Below are positions 11,101-24,559 of a stretch of 64,000 nt of DNA, piece after piece (positions within the stretch are counted from its first letter, which is position 1; each line of letters starts with the position of its first letter). The notes under the pieces are model-generated. The model saw only the letters and a program-made list of their open reading frames with translations, ran no database searches and was not told where the DNA came from. Source of the stretch: Hemiscyllium ocellatum (lineage: Eukaryota); assembly GCF_020745735.1 (NCBI RefSeq), contig NW_026869227.1, positions 1 through 64,000 of the forward strand, in the 5' to 3' direction. The translations under genes were made by a program, and so were the position numbers.

Positions 11101-14100
11101 TGCGGGTGACGGGGAACGCTGCGGGTGACGGGGAACGCTGCGGGTCAGCGGGGAACGCTGCGGGTGACGGGGAACGCTGCGGGTCACCGGGGAACGCTGC
11201 GGGTCACCGGGGAACGCTGCGGGTCACCGGGGAACGCTGTGGGTCACCGGGGAACGCTGTGGGTCACGGGGAACGCTGTGGCTCACCGGGAACACTGTGG
11301 CTCACCCACTGTGGGTCACCGGGGAACGCTGTGGGTCACCGGGAACGCTGTGGGTCACGGGGAACGCTGTGGGTCACCGGGGAACGCTGTGGGTCACTGG
11401 GAACGCTGTGGGTCACTGGGAACGCTGTGGGTCACGGGGAACACTGTGGGTCACCGGGAACACTGTGGGTCACCGGGGAATCCTGTGGGTCACGGGGAAC
11501 GCTGTGGGTCACGGGGAACGCTGTGGGTCACCGGGAACGCTGTGGCTCACCCACTGTGGGTCACCGGGGAACGCTGTGGGTCACCGGGAACGCTGTGGGT
11601 CACCGGGGAACGGGGAACGCTGTGGGTCACCGGGAACACTGTGGCTCACCCACTGTGGGTCACCGGGGAACGCTGTGGGTCACCGGGAACGCTGTGGGTC
11701 ACGGGGAACGCTGTGGGTCACCGGGGAACGCTGTGGGTCGCTGGGAACGCTGTGGGTCGCTGGGAACGCTGTGGGTCGCTGGGAACGCTGTGGGTCACTG
11801 GGAACGCTGTGGGTCACGGGGAACGCTGTGGGTCACCGGGAATGCTGTGGGTCACGGGGAACACTGTGGGTCACGGGGAACACTGTGGGTCACCGGGGAA
11901 TCCTGTGGGTCACGGGGAACGCTGTGGGTCACCGGGGAACGCTGTGGGTCACGGGGAACGCTGTGGGTCACCGGGGAACGCTGTGGGTCACTGGGAACGC
12001 TGTGGGTCACTGGGAACGCTGTGGGTCACGGGGAACGCTGTGGGTCACGGGGAACGCTGTGGGTCACGGGGAATGCTGTGGGTCACCGGGAATGCTGTGG
12101 GTCACGGGGAACGCTGTGGGTCACGGGGAACGCTGTGGGTCACGGGGAACACTGTGGGTCACGGGGAACGCTGTGGGTCACCGGGGAACGCTGTGGGTCA
12201 CTGGGAACGCTGTGGGTCACCGGGAACACTGTGGGTCACCGGGAACACTGTGGGTCACCGGGAACACTGTGGGTCACCGGGAACACTGTGGGTCACCGGG
12301 AACGCTGTGGGTCACGGGGAACGCTGTGGGTCACGGGGAACGCTGTGGCTCACCCACTGTGGGTCACCGGGGAACGCTGTGGGTCACCGGGAACGCTGTG
12401 GGTCACCGGGGAACGGGGAACGCTGTGGGTCACCGGGAACACTGTGGCTCACCCACTGTGGGTCACCGGGGAACGCTGTGGGTCACGGGGAACACTGTGG
12501 GTCACGGGGAACGCTGTGGGTCACGGGGAACGCTGTGGGTCACGGGGAACGCTGTGGGTCACCGGGAACGCTGTGGGTCACGGGGAACACTGTGGGTCAC
12601 GGGGAACACTGTGGGTCGCCGGGGAATCCTGTGGGTCACGGGGAACGCTGTGGGTCACGGGGAACGCTGTGGGTCACGGGGAACGCTGTGGGTCACGGGG
12701 AATGCTGTGGGTCACGGGGAACGGGGAACGCTGTGGGTCACCGGGGAACGCTGTGGGTCACCGGGGAACGCGGATTCTGTGGGTCACCGGGGATTCTGTG
12801 GGTCACCAGGAACGCTGTGGGTCACCGGGAACGCTGTGGGTCACCCACTGTGGGTCACCGGGAACACTGTGGGTCACGGGGAATGCTGTGGGTCACCGGG
12901 GAACGCAGTGGGTCACCGGGGGACGCTGTGGGTCACCGGGGGACGCTGTGGGTCACCGGGGAACGCTGTGGGTCACGGGGAACGCTGTGGGTCACGGGGA
13001 ACACTGTGGGTCACCCACTGCGGGTCACCGGGAACACTGTGGGTCACCGGGGAACGCTGTGGGTCACCGGGGAACGCTGTGGGTCACCGGGGACGCTGTG
13101 GGTCACCGGGGAACGCTGTGGGTCACCGGGGAACGCTGTGGGTCACCGGGAACACTGCGGGTCACCAGGGAACGCTGTGGGTCACCTGGAACACTGTTGG
13201 TCACCGGGGAACGCTGTGGGCCACCGGGGACGCTGTGGGTCACCGGGAACACTGTGGGTCACCCACTGCGGGTCACCGGGAACACTGTGGGTCACCGGGG
13301 AACGCTGTGGGTCACCGGGGAACGCTGTGGGTCACCGGGGACGCTGTGGGTCACCGGGGAACGCTGTGGGTCACCGGGGAACGCTGTGGGTCACCGGGAA
13401 CACTGTGGGTCACCCACTGCGGGTCACCGGGAACACTGCGGGTCACCGGGGAACGCTGTGGGTCACCGGGAACACTGTTGGTCACCGGGGAACGCTGTGG
13501 GTCACCGGGGACGCTGTGGGTCACCGGGAACACTGTGGGTCACCCACTGCGGGTCACCGGGAACACTGCGGGTCACCGGGGAACGCTGTGGGTCACCGGG
13601 GAACGCTGTGGGTCACCGGGGACGCTGCGGGTCACCAGGAACACTGCGGGTCACCGGGAACACCGGGAACGCTGTGGGTCACCCACTGCGGGTCACGGGG
13701 AACGCTGCGGGTCACGGGGAACGCTGCGGGTCACCGGGGAACGCTGCGGGTCACCGGGGAACGCTGCGGGTCACCGGGGACGCTGCGGGTCACCGGGGTC
13801 GCTGCGGGTCACCGGGAACACCGGGAACGCTGTGGGTCACCGGGGAACACTGTGGGTCACCCACTGTGGGTCACGGGGAACGCTGCGGGTGACGGGGAAC
13901 GCTGCGGGTGACGGGGAACGCTGCGGGTGACGGGGAACGCTGCGGGTCAGCGGGGAACGCTGCGGGTGACGGGGAACGCTGCGGGTGACGGGGAACGCTG
14001 CGGGTCACCGGGGAACGCTGCGGGTCACCGGGGAACGCTGTGGGTCACTGGGAACGCTGTGGGTCACCGGGAACACTGTGGGTCACCGGGAACACTGTGG

Positions 14101-17100
14101 GTCACCGGGGAATCCTGTGGGTCACGGGGAACGCTGTGGGTCACGGGGAACGCTGTGGGTCACCGGGAACGCTGTGGCTCACCCACTGTGGGTCACCGGG
14201 GAACGCTGTGGGTCACCGGGAACGCTGTGGGTCACCGGGGAACGGGGAACGCTGTGGGTCACCGGGAACACTGTGGCTCACCCACTGTGGGTCACCGGGG
14301 AACGCTGTGGGTCACCGGGAACGCTGTGGGTCACGGGGAACGCTGTGGGTCACCGGGGAACGCTGTGGGTCGCTGGGAACGCTGTGGGTCACTGGGAACG
14401 CTGTGGGTCACTGGGAACGCTGTGGGTCACGGGGAATGCTGTGGGTCACCGGGAATGCTGTGGGTCACGGGGAACACTGTGGGTCACGGGGAACACTGTG
14501 GGTCACCAGGGAATCCTGTGGGTCACGGGGAACGCTGTGGGTCACCGGGGAACGCTGTGGGTCACGGGGAACGCTGTGGGTCACGGGGAACGCTGTGGGT
14601 CACCGGGGAACGCTGTGGGTCACTGGGAACGCTGTGGGTCACGGGGAACGCTGTGGGTCACGGGGAACGCTGTGGGTCACCGGGAATGCTGTGGGTCACG
14701 GGGAACACTGTGGGTCACGGGGAACACTGTGGGTCACCAGGGAATCCTGTGGGTCACGGGGAACGCTGTGGGTCACCGGGGAACGCTGTGGGTCACGGGG
14801 AACACTGTGGGTCACGGGGAACACTGTGGGTCACGGGGAACACTGTGGGTCACCGGGAACGCTGTGGGTCACGGGGAACGCTGTGGGTCACGGGGAACGC
14901 TGTGGCTCACCCACTGTGGGTCACCGGGGAACGCCGTGGGTCACCGGGAACGCTGTGGGTCACGGGGAACACTGTGGGTCACGGGGAACACTGTGGGTCA
15001 CCGGGGAACACTGTGGGTCACCGGGGAACGCTGTGGGTCACGGGGAACGCTGTGGGTCACGGGGAACACTGTGGGTCACGGGGAACGCTGTGGGTCACGG
15101 GGAACGCTGTGGGTCACGGGGAATGCTGTGGGTCACGGGGAACGGGGAACGCTGTGGGTCACCGGGGAACGCTGTGGGTCACCGGGGAACGCGGATTCTG
15201 TGGGTCACCGGGGATTCTGTGGGTCACCAGGAACGCTGTGGGTCACCGGGAACGCTGTGGGTCACCCACTGTGGGTCACCGGGAACACTGTGGGTCACGG
15301 GGAATGCTGTGGGTCACCGGGAACGCTGTGGGTCACCGGGGAACGCAGTGGGTCACCGGGAACACTGTGGGTCACCGGGGAACGCTGTGGGTCACCGGGG
15401 AACGCTGTGGGTCACCGGGGGACGCTGTGGGTCACCGGGGAATGCTGTGGGTCACCGGGGAACGCTGTGGGTCACGGGGAACGCTGTGGGTCACGGGGAA
15501 CACTGTGGGTCACCGGGAACGCTGTGGGTCACCCACTGTGGGTCACCGGGAACGCTGTGGGTCACCGGGGAACGCTGTGGGTCACCGGGGAACGCTGTGG
15601 GTCACCGGGGGACGCTGTGGGTCACCGGGGGACGCTGTGGGTCACCGGGGAACGCTGTGGGTCACGGGGAACGCTGTGGGTCACGGGGAACGCTGTGGGT
15701 CACGGGGAACACTGTGGGTCACCGGGAACGCTGTGGGTCACCCACTGTGGGTCACCGGGAACGCTGTGGGTCACCGGGGAACGCTGTGGGTCACCGGGAA
15801 CGCTGTGGGTCACCGGGGAACGCTGTGGGTCACCGGGGAACGCTGTGGGTCACCGGGAACGCTGTGGGTCACCGGGGAATCCTGTGGGTCACGGGGAACG
15901 CTGTGGGTCACGGGGAACGCTGTGGGTCACGGGGAACGCTGTGGGTCACGGGGAACACTGTGGGTCACGGGGAACGCTGTGCGTCACGGGGGACGCTGTG
16001 GGTCACCGGGGGACGCTGTGGGTCACCGGGAACGCTGTGGGTCACCGGGAACACTGTGGGTCACCGGGAACACTGTGGGTCACCCACTGTGGGTCACCGG
16101 GAACGCTGTGGGTCACCGGGAACACTGTGGGTCACCGGGAACACTGTGGGTCACCCACTGTGGGTCACCGGGAACGCTGTGGGTCACCGGGAACACTGTG
16201 GGTCACGGGGAACACTGTGGGTCACTGGGAACACTGTGGGTCACCCACTGTGGGTCACCGGGGAACGCTGTGGGTCACGGGGAACGCTGTGGGTCACGGG
16301 GAACGCTGTGAGTCACCGGGGGACGCTGTGGGTCACCGGGAACGCTGTGGGTCACCGGGAACACTGTGGGTCACCGGGAACACTGTGGGTCACCCACTGT
16401 GGGTCACCGGGAACGCTGTGGGTCACCGGGAACACTGTGGGTCACCGGGAACACTGTGGGTCACCCACTGTGGGTCACCGGGAACGCTGTGGGTCACCGG
16501 GAACACTGTGGGTCACGGGGAACACTGTGGGTCACTGGGAACACTGTGGGTCACCCACTGTGGGTCACCGGGGAACGCTGTGGGTCACTGGGAACACTGT
16601 GGGTCACCGGGAACGCTGTGGGTCACTGGGAACACTGTGGGTCACCCACTGTGGGTCACCGGGGAACGCTGTGGGTCACTGGGAACGCTGTGGGTCACTG
16701 GGAACGCTGTGGGTCACCCACTGTGGGTCACCGGGGAACGCTGTGGGTCACCGGGGAACGCTGTGGGTCACTGGGAACACTGTGGGTCACTGGGAACACT
16801 GTGGGTCACCCACTGTGGGTCACCGGGGAACGCTGTGGGTCACCGGGGAACGCTGTGGGTCACTGGGAACACTGTGGGTCACCCACTGTGGGTCACCGGG
16901 GAACGCTGTGGGTCACCGGGGAACGCTGTGGGTCACTGGGAACGCTGTGGGTCACTGGGAACACTGTGGGTCACCCACTGTGGGTCACCGGGGAACGCTG
17001 TGGGTCACCGGGGAACGCTGTGGGTCACCGGGAACGCTGTGGCTCACCCACTGTGGGTCACCGGGGAACGCTGTGGGTCACCGGGAACGCTGTGGGTCAC

Positions 17101-20100
17101 CGGGGAACGGGGAACGCTGTGGGTCACCGGGAACACTGTGGCTCACCCACTGTGGGTCACCGGGGAACGCTGTGGGTCACCGGGAACGCTGTGGGTCACG
17201 GGGAACGCTGTGGGTCACCGGGGAACGCTGTGGGTCGCTGGGAACGCTGTGGGTCGCTGGGAACGCTGTGGGTCGCTGGGAACGCTGTGGGTCACTGGGA
17301 ACGCTGTGGGTCACGGGGAACGCTGTGGGTCACCGGGAATGCTGTGGGTCACGGGGAACACTGTGGGTCACGGGGAACACTGTGGGTCACCGGGGAATCC
17401 TGTGGGTCACGGGGAACGCTGTGGGTCACCGGGGAACGCTGTGGGTCACGGGGAACGCTGTGGGTCACCGGGGAACGCTGTGGGTCACTGGGAACGCTGT
17501 GGGTCACTGGGAACGCTGTGGGTCACGGGGAACGCTGTGGGTCACGGGGAACGCTGTGGGTCACGGGGAATGCTGTGGGTCACCGGGAATGCTGTGGGTC
17601 ACGGGGAACGCTGTGGGTCACGGGGAACGCTGTGGGTCACGGGGAACACTGTGGGTCACGGGGAACGCTGTGGGTCACCGGGGAACGCTGTGGGTCACTG
17701 GGAACGCTGTGGGTCACCGGGAACACTGTGGGTCACCGGGAACACTGTGGGTCACCGGGAACACTGTGGGTCACCGGGAACGCTGTGGGTCACGGGGAAC
17801 GCTGTGGGTCACGGGGAACGCTGTGGCTCACCCACTGTGGGTCACCGGGGAACGCTGTGGGTCACCGGGAACGCTGTGGGTCACCGGGGAACGGGGAACG
17901 CTGTGGGTCACCGGGAACACTGTGGCTCACCCACTGTGGGTCACCGGGGAACGCTGTGGGTCACGGGGAACACTGTGGGTCACGGGGAACGCTGTGGGTC
18001 ACGGGGAACGCTGTGGGTCACGGGGAACGCTGTGGGTCACCGGGAACGCTGTGGGTCACGGGGAACACTGTGGGTCACGGGGAACACTGTGGGTCGCCGG
18101 GGAATCCTGTGGGTCACGGGGAACGCTGTGGGTCACGGGGAACGCTGTGGGTCACGGGGAACGCTGTGGGTCACGGGGAATGCTGTGGGTCACGGGGAAC
18201 GGGGAACGCTGTGGGTCACCGGGGAACGCTGTGGGTCACCGGGGAACGCGGATTCTGTGGGTCACCGGGGATTCTGTGGGTCACCAGGAACGCTGTGGGT
18301 CACCGGGAACGCTGTGGGTCACCCACTGTGGGTCACCGGGAACACTGTGGGTCACGGGGAATGCTGTGGGTCACCGGGGAACGCAGTGGGTCACCGGGGG
18401 ACGCTGTGGGTCACCGGGGGACGCTGTGGGTCACCGGGGAACGCTGTGGGTCACGGGGAACGCTGTGGGTCACGGGGAACACTGTGGGTCACCCACTGCG
18501 GGTCACCGGGAACACTGTGGGTCACCGGGGAACGCTGTGGGTCACCGGGGAACGCTGTGGGTCACCGGGGACGCTGTGGGTCACCGGGGAACGCTGTGGG
18601 TCACCGGGGAACGCTGTGGGTCACCGGGAACACTGCGGGTCACCAGGGAACGCTGTGGGTCACCTGGAACACTGTTGGTCACCGGGGAACGCTGTGGGCC
18701 ACCGGGGACGCTGTGGGTCACCGGGAACACTGTGGGTCACCCACTGCGGGTCACCGGGAACACTGTGGGTCACCGGGGAACGCTGTGGGTCACCGGGGAA
18801 CGCTGTGGGTCACCGGGGACGCTGTGGGTCACCGGGGAACGCTGTGGGTCACCGGGGAACGCTGTGGGTCACCGGGAACACTGTGGGTCACCCACTGCGG
18901 GTCACCGGGAACACTGCGGGTCACCGGGGAACGCTGTGGGTCACCGGGAACACTGTTGGTCACCGGGGAACGCTGTGGGTCACCGGGGACGCTGTGGGTC
19001 ACCGGGAACACTGTGGGTCACCCACTGCGGGTCACCGGGAACACTGCGGGTCACCGGGGAACGCTGTGGGTCACCGGGGAACGCTGTGGGTCACCGGGGA
19101 CGCTGCGGGTCACCAGGAACACTGCGGGTCACCGGGAACACCGGGAACGCTGTGGGTCACCCACTGCGGGTCACGGGGAACGCTGCGGGTCACGGGGAAC
19201 GCTGCGGGTCACCGGGGAACGCTGCGGGTCACCGGGGAACGCTGCGGGTCACCGGGGACGCTGCGGGTCACCGGGGTCGCTGCGGGTCACCGGGAACACC
19301 GGGAACGCTGTGGGTCACCGGGGAACACTGTGGGTCACCCACTGTGGGTCACGGGGAACGCTGCGGGTGACGGGGAACGCTGCGGGTGACGGGGAACGCT
19401 GCGGGTGACGGGGAACGCTGCGGGTCAGCGGGGAACGCTGCGGGTGACGGGGAACGCTGCGGGTGACGGGGAACGCTGCGGGTCACCGGGGAACGCTGCG
19501 GGTCACCGGGGAACGCTGTGGGTCACTGGGAACGCTGTGGGTCACCGGGAACACTGTGGGTCACCGGGAACACTGTGGGTCACCGGGGAATCCTGTGGGT
19601 CACGGGGAACGCTGTGGGTCACGGGGAACGCTGTGGGTCACCGGGAACGCTGTGGCTCACCCACTGTGGGTCACCGGGGAACGCTGTGGGTCACCGGGAA
19701 CGCTGTGGGTCACCGGGGAACGGGGAACGCTGTGGGTCACCGGGAACACTGTGGCTCACCCACTGTGGGTCACCGGGGAACGCTGTGGGTCACCGGGAAC
19801 GCTGTGGGTCACGGGGAACGCTGTGGGTCACCGGGGAACGCTGTGGGTCGCTGGGAACGCTGTGGGTCACTGGGAACGCTGTGGGTCACTGGGAACGCTG
19901 TGGGTCACGGGGAATGCTGTGGGTCACCGGGAATGCTGTGGGTCACGGGGAACACTGTGGGTCACGGGGAACACTGTGGGTCACCAGGGAATCCTGTGGG
20001 TCACGGGGAACGCTGTGGGTCACCGGGGAACGCTGTGGGTCACGGGGAACGCTGTGGGTCACGGGGAACGCTGTGGGTCACCGGGGAACGCTGTGGGTCA

Positions 20101-23100
20101 CTGGGAACGCTGTGGGTCACGGGGAACGCTGTGGGTCACGGGGAACGCTGTGGGTCACCGGGAATGCTGTGGGTCACGGGGAACACTGTGGGTCACGGGG
20201 AACACTGTGGGTCACCAGGGAATCCTGTGGGTCACGGGGAACGCTGTGGGTCACCGGGGAACGCTGTGGGTCACGGGGAACACTGTGGGTCACGGGGAAC
20301 ACTGTGGGTCACGGGGAACACTGTGGGTCACCGGGAACGCTGTGGGTCACGGGGAACGCTGTGGGTCACGGGGAACGCTGTGGCTCACCCACTGTGGGTC
20401 ACCGGGGAACGCCGTGGGTCACCGGGAACGCTGTGGGTCACGGGGAACACTGTGGGTCACGGGGAACACTGTGGGTCACCGGGGAACACTGTGGGTCACC
20501 GGGGAACGCTGTGGGTCACGGGGAACGCTGTGGGTCACGGGGAACACTGTGGGTCACGGGGAACGCTGTGGGTCACGGGGAACGCTGTGGGTCACGGGGA
20601 ATGCTGTGGGTCACGGGGAACGGGGAACGCTGTGGGTCACCGGGGAACGCTGTGGGTCACCGGGGAACGCGGATTCTGTGGGTCACCGGGGATTCTGTGG
20701 GTCACCAGGAACGCTGTGGGTCACCGGGAACGCTGTGGGTCACCCACTGTGGGTCACCGGGAACACTGTGGGTCACGGGGAATGCTGTGGGTCACCGGGA
20801 ACGCTGTGGGTCACCGGGGAACGCAGTGGGTCACCGGGAACACTGTGGGTCACCGGGGAACGCTGTGGGTCACCGGGGAACGCTGTGGGTCACCGGGGGA
20901 CGCTGTGGGTCACCGGGGAATGCTGTGGGTCACCGGGGAACGCTGTGGGTCACGGGGAACGCTGTGGGTCACGGGGAACACTGTGGGTCACCGGGAACGC
21001 TGTGGGTCACCCACTGTGGGTCACCGGGAACGCTGTGGGTCACCCACTGTGGGTCACCGGGAACGCTGTGGGTCACCGGGGAACGCTGTGGGTCACCGGG
21101 GGACGCTGTGGGTCACCGGGGGACGCTGTGGGTCACCGGGGAACGCTGTGGGTCACGGGGAACGCTGTGGGTCACGGGGAACGCTGTGGGTCACGGGGAA
21201 CACTGTGGGTCACCGGGAACGCTGTGGGTCACCCACTGTGGGTCACCGGGAACGCTGTGGGTCACCGGGGAACGCTGTGGGTCACCGGGAACGCTGTGGG
21301 TCACCGGGGAACGCTGTGGGTCACCGGGGAACGCTGTGGGTCACCGGGAACGCTGTGGGTCACCGGGGAATCCTGTGGGTCACGGGGAACGCTGTGGGTC
21401 ACGGGGAACGCTGTGGGTCACGGGGAACGCTGTGGGTCACGGGGAACACTGTGGGTCACGGGGAACGCTGTGCGTCACGGGGGACGCTGTGGGTCACCGG
21501 GGGACGCTGTGGGTCACCGGGAACGCTGTGGGTCACCGGGAACACTGTGGGTCACCGGGAACACTGTGGGTCACCCACTGTGGGTCACCGGGAACGCTGT
21601 GGGTCACCGGGAACACTGTGGGTCACCGGGAACACTGTGGGTCACCCACTGTGGGTCACGGGGAACGCTGTGGGTCACCGGGAACACTGTGGGTCACGGG
21701 GAACACTGTGGGTCACTGGGAACACTGTGGGTCACCCACTGTGGGTCACCGGGGAACGCTGTGGGTCACGGGGAACGCTGTGGGTCACGGGGAACGCTGT
21801 GAGTCACCGGGGGACGCTGTGGGTCACCGGGAACGCTGTGGGTCACCGGGAACACTGTGGGTCACCGGGAACACTGTGGGTCACCCACTGTGGGTCACCG
21901 GGAACGCTGTGGGTCACCGGGAACACTGTGGGTCACCGGGAACACTGTGGGTCACCCACTGTGGGTCACCGGGAACGCTGTGGGTCACCGGGAACACTGT
22001 GGGTCACGGGGAACACTGTGGGTCACTGGGAACACTGTGGGTCACCCACTGTGGGTCACCGGGGAACGCTGTGGGTCACTGGGAACACTGTGGGTCACCG
22101 GGAACGCTGTGGGTCACTGGGAACACTGTGGGTCACCCACTGTGGGTCACCGGGGAACGCTGTGGGTCACTGGGAACGCTGTGGGTCACTGGGAACGCTG
22201 TGGGTCACCCACTGTGGGTCACCGGGGAACGCTGTGGGTCACCGGGGAACGCTGTGGGTCACTGGGAACACTGTGGGTCACTGGGAACACTGTGGGTCAC
22301 CCACTGTGGGTCACCGGGGAACGCTGTGGGTCACCGGGGAACGCTGTGGGTCACTGGGAACACTGTGGGTCACCCACTGTGGGTCACCGGGGAACGCTGT
22401 GGGTCACCGGGGAACGCTGTGGGTCACTGGGAACGCTGTGGGTCACTGGGAACACTGTGGGTCACCCACTGTGGGTCACCGGGGAACGCTGTGGGTCACC
22501 GGGGAACGCTGTGGGTCACTGGGAACGCTGTGGGTCACCGGGAACGCTGTGGGTCACCGGGAACACTGTGGGTCACCGGGAACACTGTGGGTCACCGGGA
22601 ACGCTGTGGGTCACTGGGAACACTGTGGGTCACTGGGAACACTGTGGGTCACCCACTGTGGGTCACCGGGAACGCTGTGGGTCACCGGGGAACGCTGTGG
22701 GTCACCGGGGAACGCTGTGGGTCACCGGGAACACTGTGGGTCACCGGGAACACTGTGGGTCACTGGGAACACTGTGGGTCACCCACTGTGGGTCACCGGG
22801 GAACGCTGTGGGTCACTGGGAACGCTGTGGGTCACGGGGAACGCTGTGGGTCACCGGGAACGCTGTGGGTCACCGGGAACGCTGTGGGTCACAGGGAACG
22901 CTGTGGGTCACCGGGAACGCTGTGGGTCACCGGGAACACTGTGGGTCACGGGGAACGCTGTGGGTCACCGGGAACGCTGTGGGTCACCGGGAACGCTGTG
23001 GGTCACAGGGAACGCTGTGGGTCACCGGGAACGCTGTGGGTCACCGGGAACGCTGTGGGTCACGGGGAACGCTGTGGGTCACCGGGAATACTGCGGGTCA

Positions 23101-23125
23101 CCGGGAACACTGCGGGTCACTGGGT
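5147..23125 (+). repeat. ~18-kb GC-rich 19/20-bp satellite (consensus GGGAACGCTGYGGGTCACCG), roughly 900-950 units, with higher-order duplications
   Basis: Directly visible. Fills ~97% of the 18,553-bp ATF7 intron 5103-23655. Confidence 0.99.
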
Positions 23126-23655
23126 TCGAGGCACCCCCGTAAGTCACCGGGAACATGACCTCCCCTCCCCCCCAGTCACAGGCATTATGACCTCCCCCTC
23201 CCCCCCACCCCCCCCAGGAACACAGTCTGCTCCCCGTCCCCTGGGTGGGGACTATCGGGGATTCGGAGAAAGGGCCAGGTAGTAGAGTCGGGGGGAGGTG
23301 AAGAGAAGATTGGGGGTGGGGGTGGGGCAGAGGACGAGAGGGAGGTGGGGGAACAGATTCAATGGTGAGCTTCCCCACCCCCACACCCCCCCTCACAGCG
23401 ACACTGAGGGGGTGAGCGAGAGCGTTTATCGGGATTAAGGGCTGGGTTAGTTTGGGATCGCGGTGGGTGGGCAGATTGGGGACTGAACCTTCACAGCACC
23501 AGCACGGGGTGGAGGGGCTGAATGGACTCAGCTGTAAATTAACTGAATTCATTTGCTCCTGCTCTCTGCCTGGCCTATTCCCCCTCTCCCCCTGTCCCCC
23601 TCACTGTCTCCCTCTGTCCCCCTCACTGTCTCCCTACCCTACCCCATGGATCTAG

Positions 23656-23764
23656 AACGAGGTCAGGCTGCTGCGCAGTGAGGTAGCCCAGCTCAAACAG
23701 CTGCTGCTGGCTCACAAGGACTGCCCTGTCACAGCCGTACAGAAACAGATTCACAAATACACCG
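23656..23764 (+). CDS. ATF7: ATF7 second half of the leucine zipper (NEVRLLRSEVAQLKQLLLAHKDCPVTAVQKQIHKYT)
   Basis: tctag| acceptor after a long pyrimidine tract, |gtgagt donor, 109 nt, phase 0/1. Carries the family hallmark EVAQLKQLLLAHKDCPVTA. Confidence 0.96.
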
Positions 23765-24150
23765 GTGAGTACCCCGCTCCGCAAGGGCCCGCGCGTTCGG
23801 GAATGGGGCGTGGTGGGGTACGGAGAGAGAGAGAGAGACGTCCTCTGGAGAAGGGTGGGGTACGGAGAGAGAGAGAGAGAAATGTCCCCTGAGAACGGGG
23901 TGGGGACGGGGGGAGAGAGAGAGAGAGAGAGACATCCCCAAGAACGGGGTGGGGATGGAGAGAGAGAGAGAGACGTCTCCTGGAGCAGGGGGGTAGGGGT
24001 TGTGGGAGGGGGTTGTGTGAGGATGGGGAGGGGTAGGGGTTGTGTGGGGATGGGGGTGTCGGGGGAGGGGGATGCTGACTGTTTCTGGGTGCCCCGTGCT
24101 CGGGATGCTGTGTGTGTCACTCTCTCTCTCTCTCTCTCTCTCTCTGACAG

Positions 24151-24410
24151 ACGACAGCCCCCACGACACGAACGAAGCCATCAGCTCCCCGGCCGCTGTC
24201 ATCCAGCGAGGGTCAGCCCCCCCCAGCACTGCCCCTGGGGGAGGGGAGTCACGCGCGGCCGCTGAGGCGGTAGCTACCTCCGTCCTGGCGCAGATGGCCA
24301 CCCAGCGGGCGGGGGATCTCGTCCCTGCCCCCTCCCACCACCACCCTCACCCTCACCCTCACCCCCAGGTCATCATCGCCCCACAGTCGCAGGCAGCAGC
24401 CGAGAGATGA
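24151..24410 (+). CDS. ATF7: ATF7 terminal coding exon (DDSPHDTNEAISSPAAVIQ...AAEAVATSVLAQMATQR...VIIAPQSQAAAER*)
   Basis: (tc)n-tgacag| acceptor, phase 1 compatible with the previous exon, TGA at 24408-24410. AAEAVATSVLxQMA and VIxxPQSQ match the recalled ATF7 C-terminus. Confidence 0.93.
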
Positions 24411-24559
24411 TCGGGGGGAGCCGGGGGGGGAGGGGAGAGAGCGTGCCCCGCCCGCTCGCGAGAGTTCGACCCCACGCCACAACACGCTGGGCTCAGCCGT
24501 CCGCTCGTAATGTGGGGGCGGGGTAGGGGTCAGGGGTCACCCCGTTCCTGCTCCGAGCA

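Noticed and set aside
5040-23282. ORFs of 800-2000 aa in all three + frames
   Set aside because: They are translations of a 19/20-bp satellite lacking stop codons on one strand. Units are not multiples of 3, frames interchange freely, and the region is a canonical ATF7 intron.
4902-24410. Assignment to ATF2 or CREB5
   Set aside because: WVSSLEKKAEEL, the AAEAVATSVL...VIxxPQSQ terminus, the lack of a His-rich pre-bZIP region and linkage to ASB8 favour ATF7. A phylogeny would be decisive.
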